From the IMG/VR virus record IMGVR_UViG_3300029718_000386: 41,033 nt of DNA; one strand, given 5' to 3'. Every line of letters begins with the position of its first letter. Positions within the stretch are counted from its first letter, which is position 1. Shown piece by piece: positions 1-10,600 of the stretch. A model generated the notes under the pieces. The model ran no database searches. It was given only the letters and a program-made list of their open reading frames with translations, and had not been told where the DNA came from. This DNA is from a virus. Its lineage: Duplodnaviria > Heunggongvirae > Uroviricota > Caudoviricetes. A program made the position numbers and the translations under genes.

Positions 1-179
1 GCGATACCGGAGTTACCATCTTCACCAGTCAGCTTACTCTTCACCAGAGCACCAACAGCAAAAACGATGATCACAACGAACAGGATCAGAACCACGATCT
101 CGGTAGACTGAGAAGCAGCCTCCTTGGAGATCAGAGCAGACTTGGCCTCAGCGGCCTTCCGCAGCATTTTGTTCTTCAT
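1..179 (-). CDS. flp: Flp/Tad major pilin (partial, runs off window; not in ORF track)
   Basis: ATG at 179 with SD AAGGGAGG (191-198). Reads MKNKMLRKAAEAKSALISKEAA|SQSTEIVVLILFVVIIVFAVGALVKSKLTGEDG: basic leader, A|xxxxE prepilin site, hydrophobic helix. Directly downstream of tadC. Confidence 0.8.
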   Translation of the reverse strand, partial: MKNKMLRKAAEAKSALISKEAASQSTEIVVLILFVVIIVFAVGALVKSKLTGEDGNSGI

Positions 180-188
180 TGGAATCTT

Positions 189-256
189 AACCTCCCTTCC
201 AAGTTTGCTAAGGGAGGCTCGTATTCAATTAAGAAGCAGAGCGTTTAGCTCCCTCA
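189..256 (-). promoter_or_regulatory. Structured 5' leader of pilin with SD-sequestering hairpin and alternative pairing
   Basis: Anti-SD CCTCCCTT (217-210) pairs with SD AAGGGAGG (198-191). Upstream TGAGGGAGCT (256-247) can pair with the same anti-SD instead. Confidence 0.55.
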
Positions 257-341
257 TAATTGGGTATAGTCATATTTTGAAAAATTCGCCCTATTTTTTA
301 AAAAATCTCAAAAAAATTTTTAGTGAAAGTTCAGTGAATAT

Positions 342-1232
342 TTACAGCACACCGTTGCTCTTGAATTCTTCCATCAGCGTTAGAATCATGCCGGTTAAAA
401 TCAATCCCACAACGGCCAAAATCAACAGCATAGAGATCTTGGAGATCTTGCCAGGTTTCAGACTGTTCTGCTTACGAATACGCGTAAGTTCCGCTTTGTG
501 TAGCTTTTCGTATAGCATCTCAAAATATAATGTCTGATTATCGCCGCGAACGATACCAAGCAAGCCTACGGTAATTTGTGTCATAGTGGATGTTGAAATA
601 CGACGGCTCATATCTACTAGAGCCTGTTCTTGGTTGCCCGTCTTCATGTCTGTCAAAGTGTGCTCCAGTTCGTTTTTGAAGCTTGTAGACACACTTTCCT
701 TGCAAGAGGTCAGAATATCAATTACATTTCTGTTTTCCTCTTTAAGGGCATCAGAGATGAACTTACAAAACAACGCAGCGTCATATTCAATATCTTCGCG
801 TACCATTTTCATTCTCTTAATAGGTCCGTTAAACTCATTTTTGAAAATGAAAGCCCCGAGAACCAAGCCGATGAGCCCAGCCCATGGCTTGATGGCCATA
901 AAGGGCAGACACAAAATGGCTACTACAATTCCGGACGTCAAAGCGTCACAAAAATGCTGCTCAGGTGTTACATTGTAATTGAAATAAGACAACGCTGCCT
1001 GAATTTGGTATTTTGTGCTGTCACTGAGTTCAACAAGCGGCAAAAACAATTTACTAATACCGCCCAGCAACTTATTGATCAAGGTCTGGCTTTGAACATT
1101 GTCCAGTTTGTTAACCTCAGCCACTACAGACTCACTCTTTTGCGTTGGCATAGCTGAGACATATAACATCAGCATGTAGATACCAAACGCGATTAGAGCG
1201 CCGGAGAGGCCATATAAAACATATGATAACAT
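342..1232 (-). CDS. tadC: TadC-like pilus assembly membrane protein (T2SSF family)
   Basis: Multi-TM protein with T2SSF-like central domain (…LEHTLTDMKTGNQEQALVDMSRRI…); follows tadA/tadB; SD GAGGGG. Confidence 0.75.
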   Translation of the reverse strand: MLSYVLYGLSGALIAFGIYMLMLYVSAMPTQKSESVVAEVNKLDNVQSQTLINKLLGGISKLFLPLVELSDSTKYQIQAALSYFNYNVTPEQHFCDALTSGIVVAILCLPFMAIKPWAGLIGLVLGAFIFKNEFNGPIKRMKMVREDIEYDAALFCKFISDALKEENRNVIDILTSCKESVSTSFKNELEHTLTDMKTGNQEQALVDMSRRISTSTMTQITVGLLGIVRGDNQTLYFEMLYEKLHKAELTRIRKQNSLKPGKISKISMLLILAVVGLILTGMILTLMEEFKSNGVL

Positions 1233-1250
1233 AATCTTATTCCCCTCCTC

Positions 1251-2219
1251 TTAATCTTTGTTTCCGCGGAATTTAACAGGCTTTGCGATATGATTACCTG
1301 CAAAGAACACAACAACAACCAAAAGTAGCGCAACAAACACTGCAATCTTACCGGGTGTGTCGTGGAATAGATGTCCAACAGCCTCTTTCTGCAAGAAATA
1401 CAAAAGAACAGGCGTAAAGAACACAAAGCCGATCATCATATACATCTCCACCTTACAGCTAAAGACTTCTGCGTCCAACTCGTCCTGGATAGCACGGTTA
1501 TCTGCAAATTCATTTACATAGTTCTGCAAGGACGGAATAGAAGATCTATCGTTTAGACACACTAACACACGATCTACCCATTGTTGAAATGTTCGATTTT
1601 CAATCTTGGTTTTTAAGTTTACAAGAGCCGTTGCCAAACTTGCACTTACCGATGTCGCCTCAAAGTAAAAGTCCTCAAAATAAGGCTTAACGGTTGGCGG
1701 CAGCGTATCCATGCACTCATTTACCGACTGCAGTAAGTTCGTTGTGCGCGTATAAGAAATTGTAATCAGAGACAGCGCCGTCTCCAGTTCTTCTTCCAGC
1801 TTTTTGTTGTATTTCCGATAACGGATCTTAACTAACTGGAACGGAATAATGAAGCCAACAGGCACAAGAACAATCGCAATTAATGGATTATCAATGGCAA
1901 AGCACGCGATCAAAATCGCCATTGCAATAATGATAGCAAGCAATCTAATTTTTGGATATGCGTCAACCTTGTTCATCTTAGCTAAAATCAATTTTACATC
2001 AAAGAAATAGTTCTTAATGGCGTTTGTACCAAAGCTATTTTTACCATTGATGATGTCGATCTTATCCTTAAGAGACAAGTTATTGTGCAAAACAACTTTC
2101 TGCATTTCTCGTTTTTGAGATCTGTTTTTTGGTTTGTAAAAAACCAAAAACAGGCCAACCAAAATCAAGATTGCACCAAGCCCGTAGGTGAAATAATTCA
2201 GCACATTCAATGCAGGCAT
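1251..2219 (-). CDS. tadB: TadB-like pilus assembly membrane protein
   Basis: N-terminal TM, central TM pair, T2SSF-like domain, C-terminal TM pair; start overlaps the tadA stop (TAATG). Confidence 0.75.
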   Translation of the reverse strand: MPALNVLNYFTYGLGAILILVGLFLVFYKPKNRSQKREMQKVVLHNNLSLKDKIDIINGKNSFGTNAIKNYFFDVKLILAKMNKVDAYPKIRLLAIIIAMAILIACFAIDNPLIAIVLVPVGFIIPFQLVKIRYRKYNKKLEEELETALSLITISYTRTTNLLQSVNECMDTLPPTVKPYFEDFYFEATSVSASLATALVNLKTKIENRTFQQWVDRVLVCLNDRSSIPSLQNYVNEFADNRAIQDELDAEVFSCKVEMYMMIGFVFFTPVLLYFLQKEAVGHLFHDTPGKIAVFVALLLVVVVFFAGNHIAKPVKFRGNKD

Positions 2220-3610
2220 TACATGGTCCCCTCCTTTGTCTTAGTCGGATCAATATATGCCGCCAATTTTGTAGTTGTTGCACCGTTGGACAGAAAACGT
2301 TCATAAAGGCTTTTGCTCATGTTATGAACCTTTTCAAAATGACCACGCACTTCAGCAATGTTACCATCTTCGTCCTCGATGTTATCTTCCACGACGAATT
2401 TATAGAGCATGTTGCCCTCAACGGATTCTGTTTCCGGGTTAAAACGCACGCCTTCCAGAATTTCAATAATTCTACGAGATCCGTCCGGAAAACGCTTCTG
2501 GTGTACGATAATCGGAAAAGCATCAATCATTTGGCGCATCAAGAAACTAAACTCCATAGGATACTTCTTGTAAGACAATTCCATCAAACGCTTGTAAGTA
2601 TCGATAGCATTGGAAGCATGCGTTGTCGTATAGGTGGCAGTACCGGTACGCGCCGCCTCTGCAACGGTATATGCTTCGGCAGAACGCATCTCGCCGATAC
2701 CCATGATGTCTGGGTTTTCACGCAAGCAGTGTTCCAACAAATCCTCTTGGTCAATGACCAAATCCGGGTTGTCGGAGTCTCTTGTCAATTTTGACAACAC
2801 ATTGTTGATAATATTCCCTTGCGCATCACGCTTCAGAAGTGCAAACTCACGGGAACCTTCTTCAATGGTAATTACACGGTCCGTGTATTTGGCCTGTTCC
2901 AGCATAGCGGCCAATGTTGTCGTCTTTCCTGCGCCTACAGAACCGGAGATACAACAGGATACGTGGTCTTTCACACAAAGGCGAAGAAATTGCAACATTT
3001 CGTGTGTGGCTGTTCCAAACTGTTCAATGGTGTCTAGCGTTACATCTTCCGTCTTAACGATACGAATAGATGCAGATACGGCTGCGTCCTTTGACACAAC
3101 CGGTGCAATATTTGCACAGATACGTACACCCTCGGACAGATATGACAACACAGAGGGCCGCATATCATCAATTGTAATGTGCTGCGTCTGCAGCAAACGT
3201 TTTACAATATCTACAGCCTGTTGAGGAGAAGCAAACCTTTCTGGAATTTTCTCCGGTTTGCCGCCGGAACGCGTAATTGTAACATCGTCCCAACGGTTAA
3301 TATTGACCTCCTCAACGCCTGGGGTTTCATAAATGTATTTATGTAGAAACGAAGAACCAGCCATATCGTTATAGATGCGCTCGGTAAGTGCCATCGGGTC
3401 GATGCCTTCAACTCCGATATTCTCATCTACCAAAACCTTTTGAATGGCCGTCAGCAACTGCCCTTTTGCATCATCTGCGTCCTTGTTCGCAATTAGTTCA
3501 GAATATCCGCTTTTTACTTTTGACTGTACAACACCCAGAATATTGTCATAAGAGTCCTTTGCTTTGACTTCATTCGCTTCTAAAAACTGTTCTCTTGCTT
3601 TTTCTGACAT
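2219..3610 (-). CDS. cpaF: CpaF/TadA pilus assembly ATPase (VirB11 family)
   Basis: Walker A GSVGAGKTT, Asp box VITIEEGSRE, Walker B PDIMGIGEMR, His box TTTHA. Confidence 0.92.
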   Translation of the reverse strand: MSEKAREQFLEANEVKAKDSYDNILGVVQSKVKSGYSELIANKDADDAKGQLLTAIQKVLVDENIGVEGIDPMALTERIYNDMAGSSFLHKYIYETPGVEEVNINRWDDVTITRSGGKPEKIPERFASPQQAVDIVKRLLQTQHITIDDMRPSVLSYLSEGVRICANIAPVVSKDAAVSASIRIVKTEDVTLDTIEQFGTATHEMLQFLRLCVKDHVSCCISGSVGAGKTTTLAAMLEQAKYTDRVITIEEGSREFALLKRDAQGNIINNVLSKLTRDSDNPDLVIDQEDLLEHCLRENPDIMGIGEMRSAEAYTVAEAARTGTATYTTTHASNAIDTYKRLMELSYKKYPMEFSFLMRQMIDAFPIIVHQKRFPDGSRRIIEILEGVRFNPETESVEGNMLYKFVVEDNIEDEDGNIAEVRGHFEKVHNMSKSLYERFLSNGATTTKLAAYIDPTKTKEGTM

Positions 3611-4422
3611 TACTCATTCTCTCCCTTCTTGCGTTTTTGCGACTTATCAGTTTTCACTGCTTGTTCGTCCACCACACTCTTTTCTACCTTACCGCCGACA
3701 GAGGCTAAGATCTTTTTGACGGCATTTTTATATCTACGTGGCGCGTGTTGATAAGCACCGAAAATATCACCTTCGCAGTTTTTAACAGCAATTTCGTTGC
3801 TGTAGGGCAACTCAAAAGCTTTAATTTTAAGAGCCTCTTTAATATTTGGCGTTGCACTAAATGATCTGCAGGGTGTCAAGAAGTAATTGGTATTATCAAC
3901 CATGAACTTCTTTTTGCCCTCATACATTAAACGAGCCGTCTTCAGATAAACAACACCCATAGGATCCGGTGTCAAAAACACATTCAGGCAGTTTGCCATT
4001 TCAATAGCCGCCACAGTTGTATCTGCCAACAAATCACAACTGCAATCTACAATGACATAATCTACAAGCTGTTCTGCAGCTTTCAGCATATCAATTACCT
4101 GCTTGTATTCGATATCTTTATAGAGCAAAGGCGTGTCGCCAATGCAAAATGCCAAAGTTCCGATATTCGGATGATGTTCCATCGTTACGATACTCTTTGT
4201 TAACGTTTTTTCGTCGATCCGATCGTTCTCAAAGAGTGTACCAATGGAATACATCTTGCTGATTTCTCTTTTTGGCTCCCAAATAGCATGCATGGGTACA
4301 TTGGCGTCGAAATTGATAAGCAGAATTGTCGAACGGGAATTTCCATGCTGAATGCCAGAAGCCAAAGAAGCACTGAAGGTAGACTTGCCTGCGCCACTGC
4401 AACCAATATTCGTAATAATCAA
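3610..4422 (-). CDS. CpaE/TadZ-like MinD/ParA-family ATPase
   Basis: N-terminal GCSGAGKST, DYVIVDC motif; lies between cpaB and cpaF. Confidence 0.75.
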   Translation of the reverse strand: MIITNIGCSGAGKSTFSASLASGIQHGNSRSTILLINFDANVPMHAIWEPKREISKMYSIGTLFENDRIDEKTLTKSIVTMEHHPNIGTLAFCIGDTPLLYKDIEYKQVIDMLKAAEQLVDYVIVDCSCDLLADTTVAAIEMANCLNVFLTPDPMGVVYLKTARLMYEGKKKFMVDNTNYFLTPCRSFSATPNIKEALKIKAFELPYSNEIAVKNCEGDIFGAYQHAPRRYKNAVKKILASVGGKVEKSVVDEQAVKTDKSQKRKKGENE

Positions 4423-4434
4423 GTGATCCCCTCC

Positions 4435-5160
4435 TTATTTCAACAGTTTTACTTGTTCTTTAAGGAGCTGTTCGGCCACTTTATCGTTACCACGAGAAAT
4501 CAAAGTCACATAAGCACCATCGGATTTCTGAATACGAATAATGTCATTCACTTGCTTGGTGTAAACAATAACGGTAATCGTTGAATAAGTCTTAGAGCTA
4601 TCATCTGAACTGCTGCCGGAGTCTTTACCGTTGTTGCCGTTGCCCTTTACATCGTTATAAGAAGAAGACGTGATATTCGCTACACGTACATACTTCAACG
4701 TATCCGGAGAATTCACCTTGTCCGCACGCTTGTTATAGCTGTAAATGCGGATAATATCTCCAACCTGTAACTTGTTGGACAGAGAGTCCGCGCCGCCTGA
4801 AACGCTGAAAGAAATAGCCTGTTGACCGCTGGGAATGGATAAAAACTGGTTATCTGTAGAAATGGCAGTTTTTGAGATCTTGCCAGCAGTGATAATATCG
4901 TCAGATACCAGATCAACAGTCGCATAGCAGCCGACAATTGCCTTTGGATCTGTTACGTAATTGTCCTTTTTGTCAGCAATTTGAATTTTCTCCGCCGTAA
5001 TCATGTCCTGCGTAATCTGCGCACCGGCGTTTACCGTCGTGTTTGTTGCATAAACAGTTGTAGTTTGCTTCGTCTGCAAAAAGTTAATGGTTAACAGTCC
5101 ACCGGCAATGACAACACCAACGATTAGTGCAATGATTCCAATAAGTCTTCTTTTTTTCAA
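4435..5160 (-). CDS. cpaB: CpaB/RcpC pilus assembly protein (SAF + RcpC domains)
   Basis: N-terminal TM, SAF-like segment (INAG-like VNAGAQITQDMI…IVGCYATVDL), RcpC-like segment (IPSGQQAISF…LQVGDIIRI). Confidence 0.85.
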   Translation of the reverse strand: MKKRRLIGIIALIVGVVIAGGLLTINFLQTKQTTTVYATNTTVNAGAQITQDMITAEKIQIADKKDNYVTDPKAIVGCYATVDLVSDDIITAGKISKTAISTDNQFLSIPSGQQAISFSVSGGADSLSNKLQVGDIIRIYSYNKRADKVNSPDTLKYVRVANITSSSYNDVKGNGNNGKDSGSSSDDSSKTYSTITVIVYTKQVNDIIRIQKSDGAYVTLISRGNDKVAEQLLKEQVKLLK

Positions 5161-5180
5161 AATTTACCCCTTTCTGCACG

Positions 5181-5215
5181 AAAAAAGACGAAGGAAATCA
5201 GAAATCTCCTTCGTC
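5181..5215 (-). terminator. Intrinsic terminator inside the leader of the tad operon
   Basis: GACGAAGGAGAT…ATTTCCTTCGTC + T6, between the extended -10 TGTGTTATAAT (5266-5256) and the cpaB SD. Confidence 0.7.
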
Positions 5216-5285
5216 AAATTTAGTGCAAGCATATAGTTTAAAAATGTTCTTAAAAATTATAACACAATCGACCAGAATTCAAAAA

Positions 5286-5705
5286 TCACGCCGCCAAATT
5301 TTTGTTTTTTCTGGGACGGCCTGCTTTTGATGATGTCATAATTTTAGCACTTCCGATAATGTCCTTTTCCGCAAACGCCCGATTAAAGCTGCGCGAAGAT
5401 TTGAGCTCAAAGGTTTTCTGGATTTCTTTTTGGTCCTCGTAAACCATATCAGACACAAAAGCACCGTCTAAGTCCACGATCCGACAAGGCAGTTTTCCAA
5501 ACTTCTCAACCATATCGTAATAGTTGCGCAAACGCTTAAATCCGCGTGATGTAGTTAAATAGTCATATCGATGTATGAAGACAGGCATATTGTCTCTAAT
5601 ATTGGCAACGCCTTCAAAAAGCAACGTCCTTACACCATTCTTCGGGTGCTCATAAATTAAAAAGCAATATACGCTGTCTTGTCCTACTTGTTCTCTAATT
5701 TGCAT
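5286..5705 (-). CDS. Hypothetical protein with C-terminal AT-hook-like GRPRK motif
   Basis: SD GGAGGG, ATG; ends KAGRPRKNKNLAA. Confidence 0.65.
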   Translation of the reverse strand: MQIREQVGQDSVYCFLIYEHPKNGVRTLLFEGVANIRDNMPVFIHRYDYLTTSRGFKRLRNYYDMVEKFGKLPCRIVDLDGAFVSDMVYEDQKEIQKTFELKSSRSFNRAFAEKDIIGSAKIMTSSKAGRPRKNKNLAA

Positions 5706-5731
5706 CTAACCCCTCCAGTGCAAAATGAACT

Positions 5732-6640
5732 CTAAACTTGATTATGGCAGGCAGAATGTCCGAAATCGGATCGATAATGCTTGCCATCCAACGAGAGAAA
5801 GTCATCCATCAGAAACCGCACATTATCTCTTTTCTTATCGATGTGCCAATGTCCACAATACCACGGAATGTTCGGCTTAATATTTTTTAATTCTTGGAGA
5901 GCCTGCTCTGTGGAATCGTCAACAAGTGCTTGATTGATTCCGCCAAGAAATGCCTCGATAGGAACATAATCCGCAGGACAGGTGTGAGACAAGATACAAT
6001 CAACCGACGAATTTGCATTAGCGCTAGACAGCAGCTGGGCAGCAGCGCTCAAGTCGTGGCCGCTGGGCTGTTCGTCACTCCACCAATGGATCTCGTCCTG
6101 CAAGCGATTACAAATGGTATCAAAATAATCCTTCTTACCTGGCTTTGACGGATTGGTCTTTATAAAACTCGCAACTTTCGGAGCCAAATGAAACGCTTCG
6201 TCCACCGTACAAAATGGCTGATCTTGACCGTTGCTAACTACAAAAGACAGATAACGATACAATCTGGCATACTTATCCACAGAATAAGCACCGCCCATTA
6301 CCAAACAGCGTGTTCCCTGCAAATTATATACTGCACCATCAAGTCCAAAGTACAAATTCTTGTATTCAGGCTCCTGATAAGCCATTGCACCTGCAAATGA
6401 CACAAGATGATAAGTGCTAATGTGTCGAGGCCGCATCTCATGATTCCCGTGAATACAAAACACCGGCACACCAAGGCTGTTAACTAACTCCTTTGAAACG
6501 ATATCTCTCACATCGCCAAAAAAATTAAATCCTGCGTCGCCAAGAATAACGATTAAGTCATCCTTAGTTACACCGATTCGTTCGACAAAATCTACAATCT
6601 TATGAAAATCCCCGTGGGTGTCCCCCGTTAAATATACCAT
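5732..6640 (-). CDS. Calcineurin-like metallophosphoesterase
   Basis: GDTHG, LGDAG, GNHE, SHT, GHWH motifs; true start is probably ATG 6640, overlapping the sigma-factor stop (TAATG). Confidence 0.88.
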   Translation of the reverse strand: MVYLTGDTHGDFHKIVDFVERIGVTKDDLIVILGDAGFNFFGDVRDIVSKELVNSLGVPVFCIHGNHEMRPRHISTYHLVSFAGAMAYQEPEYKNLYFGLDGAVYNLQGTRCLVMGGAYSVDKYARLYRYLSFVVSNGQDQPFCTVDEAFHLAPKVASFIKTNPSKPGKKDYFDTICNRLQDEIHWWSDEQPSGHDLSAAAQLLSSANANSSVDCILSHTCPADYVPIEAFLGGINQALVDDSTEQALQELKNIKPNIPWYCGHWHIDKKRDNVRFLMDDFLSLDGKHYRSDFGHSACHNQV

Positions 6641-7569
6641 TATTTTTCCTCCTGGATATAATTGCGCAAAGCATTGCACGCATCAGACTCGGATAGTTTT
6701 TGAAATGCAGAATACTCAATCTGTCGAATGCGCTCCTTCGTTACATCATATTCTGCACCAACTTCGTCCAATGTCTTTGGAACACGGTCTTCGTTATCAA
6801 GACCAAAGCGCATCATAATAACATTGAGTTCCCGTTCATTCAGCGTCTCTTTCAAAATCTTCATCAGATCGTCATGAAGCACTGAATTCACAGCTGTATC
6901 GATTGGATTAACAGAGTCGTCAGGAATAAAATCCTGGATCGTTGCACCATCATCCTCATCGTTGATTGGCTGTTCCAACGGAATGATTTCCTTATATGTC
7001 TTGAATACGTTTTGAATCGTGCGAACAGGCAACTCCAAATACTCTGCAATTTCTTCAATCGTCGGTTCCCGCCAAAATTTGAAATATAGCTTATTTTTAG
7101 CCTTTCGCACCTTATTTACGGTTTCAACCATATGGACAGGTACACGAATCAGTTTAGCATAATTTGCAACTGCTCTCGAAATTCCCTGTTTAATCCAATA
7201 AGTAGCGTAAGTTGAGAATTTATTCCCAAGCCGATAATCAAATTTATTTGTCGCCTTAATAAGACCAATGGTGCCTTCCTGAATCAAATCAATAAGAGGC
7301 AATCCACAGCCCATGTACTTCTTGGCAGCACTAACCACCATTCGCAGATTGCACTCGACCAGTCGGTTTTTAGCCTGCTGATCGCCTTGTAATGCACGAA
7401 TGGTACATTCAATCTCTTCTTCTGGCCCACACACTGGGACCTGACCGATCGTTGTTAAATAATAGCGGGTAGAATCCTCCATGTCAGAAACATAGTTCTC
7501 TTCCATTCCGGCGCTCGTTACATTATCCGGATCTTTGTATTCCTGCGCATTGTCAAACTGAAGAATCAA
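6640..7569 (-). CDS. RpoD/SigA-like sigma-70 factor lacking region 1.1
   Basis: Region 1.2 (DSTRYYLTTIG), 2.1-2.4 (NLRMVVSAAKKY, DLIQEG, KFSTYATYWIKQ), region 3, and 4.2 (TLDEVGAEYDVTKERIRQIE). Confidence 0.93.
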   Translation of the reverse strand: MILQFDNAQEYKDPDNVTSAGMEENYVSDMEDSTRYYLTTIGQVPVCGPEEEIECTIRALQGDQQAKNRLVECNLRMVVSAAKKYMGCGLPLIDLIQEGTIGLIKATNKFDYRLGNKFSTYATYWIKQGISRAVANYAKLIRVPVHMVETVNKVRKAKNKLYFKFWREPTIEEIAEYLELPVRTIQNVFKTYKEIIPLEQPINDEDDGATIQDFIPDDSVNPIDTAVNSVLHDDLMKILKETLNERELNVIMMRFGLDNEDRVPKTLDEVGAEYDVTKERIRQIEYSAFQKLSESDACNALRNYIQEEK

Positions 7570-7620
7570 GCTACCACCTCACTTAAGCAAAAAAATTTAA
7601 CAGCCATAGCGGCTTTCTAT

Positions 7621-7634
7621 CTATTAATACCGCA
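7621..7634 (-). promoter_or_regulatory. Repeated promoter-like motif TGCGGTATTAATAG (class B) upstream of the sigma gene
   Basis: Same motif recurs at 16838, 20237, 20345, 31123 and 39056, always intergenic and upstream of a minus-strand gene. Confidence 0.55.
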
Positions 7635-7647
7635 ATTTTTAAAAAAC

Positions 7648-7681
7648 AAAAAAAGGTCGCAAAAAAAATGCGACCTTTTTT
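7648..7681 (-). terminator. Intrinsic terminator (bidirectional)
   Basis: AAAAAAGGTCGCA…TGCGACCTTTTTT right after the surface-protein stop. Confidence 0.85.
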
Positions 7682-7684
7682 GAA

Positions 7685-10600
7685 TTATTTTGTTTTGACT
7701 GACTTCCAGCCTGACCAAGAACTATAAATTTTCGTTTTACCTATCGTCTTGTATGTACGCACACGAACATAGTACACTTTTTTCTTTGAAAGCTTAGAAA
7801 TTGTTTTAGAAGTTGTCTTTGTATTGGATACAGTCAAAGTCTTAGCCTTCTTGAAGCTCTTGTTGGTGCTGTATTGCAATTGATACCCATTTGTTTTGGA
7901 TGTTTGTTTGTTCCAATAAACAGCAAACGCTTTTGACTTAGCTTTCAGCTTCTTAAGACTTGTACCTTTCGGTTTCGTATAAGCAGACGCGGTGCCAGAA
8001 TATACACCATAATAATTCTTTCCACCCACGCCCTTGTAAGCGCGAACTTTGAAAGAATACTGAGATCCATAGCCAAGACGAGATACTGTATAAGTGTTTT
8101 GTGTCCCCTTTACAGTTGCCACAATTTTATTTGTCTTCGCATTCAAAATCTGATAACCGGACATTGTTGTATCTTTCGTCCAACTAACACGAATCGAATT
8201 ACCGCTCACAGAAGTAATTCGCACCCCTTTGGGAGCGTTTGGCAAAATGTTGAATGATGCCTGGACTGTACCAGAGAATACACCTTGACCGTAAATTGTA
8301 ACCTTACCCTGTCCGACACTTACATTGGAATAATAACTCAACTTGTAATCCACGCCTTGTGTCAATCTTCTACCGTGATACGTTAGCTGAACCGCTGGCG
8401 TTAAGGCTTTGCCAGTGCAAGTTACACTCGGAATGTTTTTAACAACTGCGTTAGAAATAGAATCTTTAATAGTGAACTCAACATCAAATGTACCACTATA
8501 ATTGCCAACACCATTTACGGTTGCAATTCCGGTACCGGCAGCTGTGTTATTGCGGCAAACGATATTGTAATCCGTTCCCTCTTTAAGAGTGATCTTACCA
8601 TATTTAACGGCTAACCTTGGCGTAACGGATTTACTCGTGCCCAAAGTATAGGTGCCAAGTACCGTTGCAGAAACATCTGCGCTCGGCTTACCTGACCCCA
8701 GATCCTTTTGTACAATGTTGTAATAAAGATCAAGCTTTGACCCGGCAAAATCCCCCTTGCCTGTAATGGTCAATTTTGCGATGCCTACATTCGTTTGATT
8801 GCTGTAAGACAATGTATAATCTTCATTTTTATATAAAGTCAAGCCATTTGCCTTAATAGTAGGTGACGGTTCAATGCGAGATCCGGTATAAACATACTCA
8901 TTCTCGAGCCCTACAACAGAGGCATATGCAATATTGCGATTCACAGTGACTTTAAGAACCGTGGACTTGCTTCCGCTCTTGGATTTAAGTGTAATATTCG
9001 CTGTGCCTGCTGTACCAGAAGAAGTCAAACGGAAAGACTGCACGCCGGTTTTCACAACAGTGCAAATCGTATCATTATCAGACTCACAAGTAAAGGCATC
9101 GTCTGTGTAAGCTGTAGCAGGGCTCATTGAAACCTGCAAGTCCTCGCTTGTATTTGCTGACATTACAAGAGAGGTAGTAGAGTATTTTGTGTCCGGGTTA
9201 ATAGCCACCAATTTTGTAGCTTTCCCGCTCACTCTGACAGCAACACTTTGATACACGCTGTCAGACGTAATACCGGCTCCTCCAAGTACAGCATAACAAT
9301 GAATAGCTATCGTGTCCGAAATTTTCGGAGTCAATGTGTAAGATCCATCTGGATTTTTGGAGATCTTACTGAAGATATCTGTTGCCGTCTCTAAATCATA
9401 TAGTCTACCATCACTTAAAGACACACGCCAAACTAACTCATCATTTGACACCGCACCAAACGAGGATGTTGCCACTGCCGAAATATCGAAAGGAGTTCCA
9501 CTAAATACGAAATAAGAGTCATCTTTTTGTAATTCCGCCGTCTTACCGACTTTAATGTCAATTTTAGAGGCCCGAATCGCAGGAACTACTTGGATATATG
9601 TCGTAAAAGTTTTGCCAAATTGTGATGTCGCCGTAACGCCAACCAGAACGGCATCGGAATTACCGAAATCATAATTTGGATTGGCCGTAACAAAGCCATT
9701 TTGTGTAACCGTCAATGCCTTCGGATTCATAGAAGCCCAGCTTATGGTCTCGTCATGTTGTGACGGTTTTACAACCGCAGTCAGCTGCTCACTGTGTCCA
9801 GCCGGTAAAGTAGCTGTCTTCTTTTGAATGCCTGTGATTGCATTCACACCAACAAAGACATGCACATCCAGACTAGCCACAACAGAGGTGTTTCGTGAAC
9901 TTACAGCATAAATACGTGTGTCCCCTTTACCAACTGCCGTAATCAGTCCAGTCGTTCTATCAACAGTAGCAACCTTTTCGTTATCGGTCAGATAAATAAT
10001 CGAATCCGTGTAGCCCTCCGGACGCACCACAATACTTTGCGACAAATCATAAGTAGCCGAATTCACATTTAGATATAAATCTAAGTCTTGCAATTCTTCA
10101 GCTGTAATATTGCCATCCGTATCCACCTTTCGCAATTCAATATTAGTTGCAGGATTAGACTCAGTGACGTTAATGAACACAGCGGCTTTTAAGTCTCTGC
10201 TCAATATGTTGCCTGCAGCAGCATTTTCGCACTCCAACAGGTAAAGACCCGGATTATGGATATTCAGTGAAACATTGTAGGATTTATCAACAGTCATGTA
10301 AGAACTGTCTGCAGGACCAATAATGTTATACGCCGAGTCTACATTATACAGTTTGTAATTGAAAATGTCATTTGAATAGGACGGAGAAATCTTCTTAGCC
10401 GTTAAAGAAAAACTCTCATCCTGGACAACATTCATAGAAGCGTACTTTTCGTTTCCACTCGTTTTACTGTATGAGTTGATTGTATCTACGCCGTTGCTCA
10501 ATGTAAATTTCGTCAACGGTACGCAGCGCGTAACTTTAACTGTCTTTTGGTACTTGTAGCCGCTTGACGGAGCCACTTTCATATCGAAAGACAAATCGGC

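Noticed and set aside
180..340. c-di-GMP-I or -II riboswitch before the pilin
   Set aside because: Only an isolated GCAAA is present; I could not build the consensus aptamer. Kept as an unknown switch instead.
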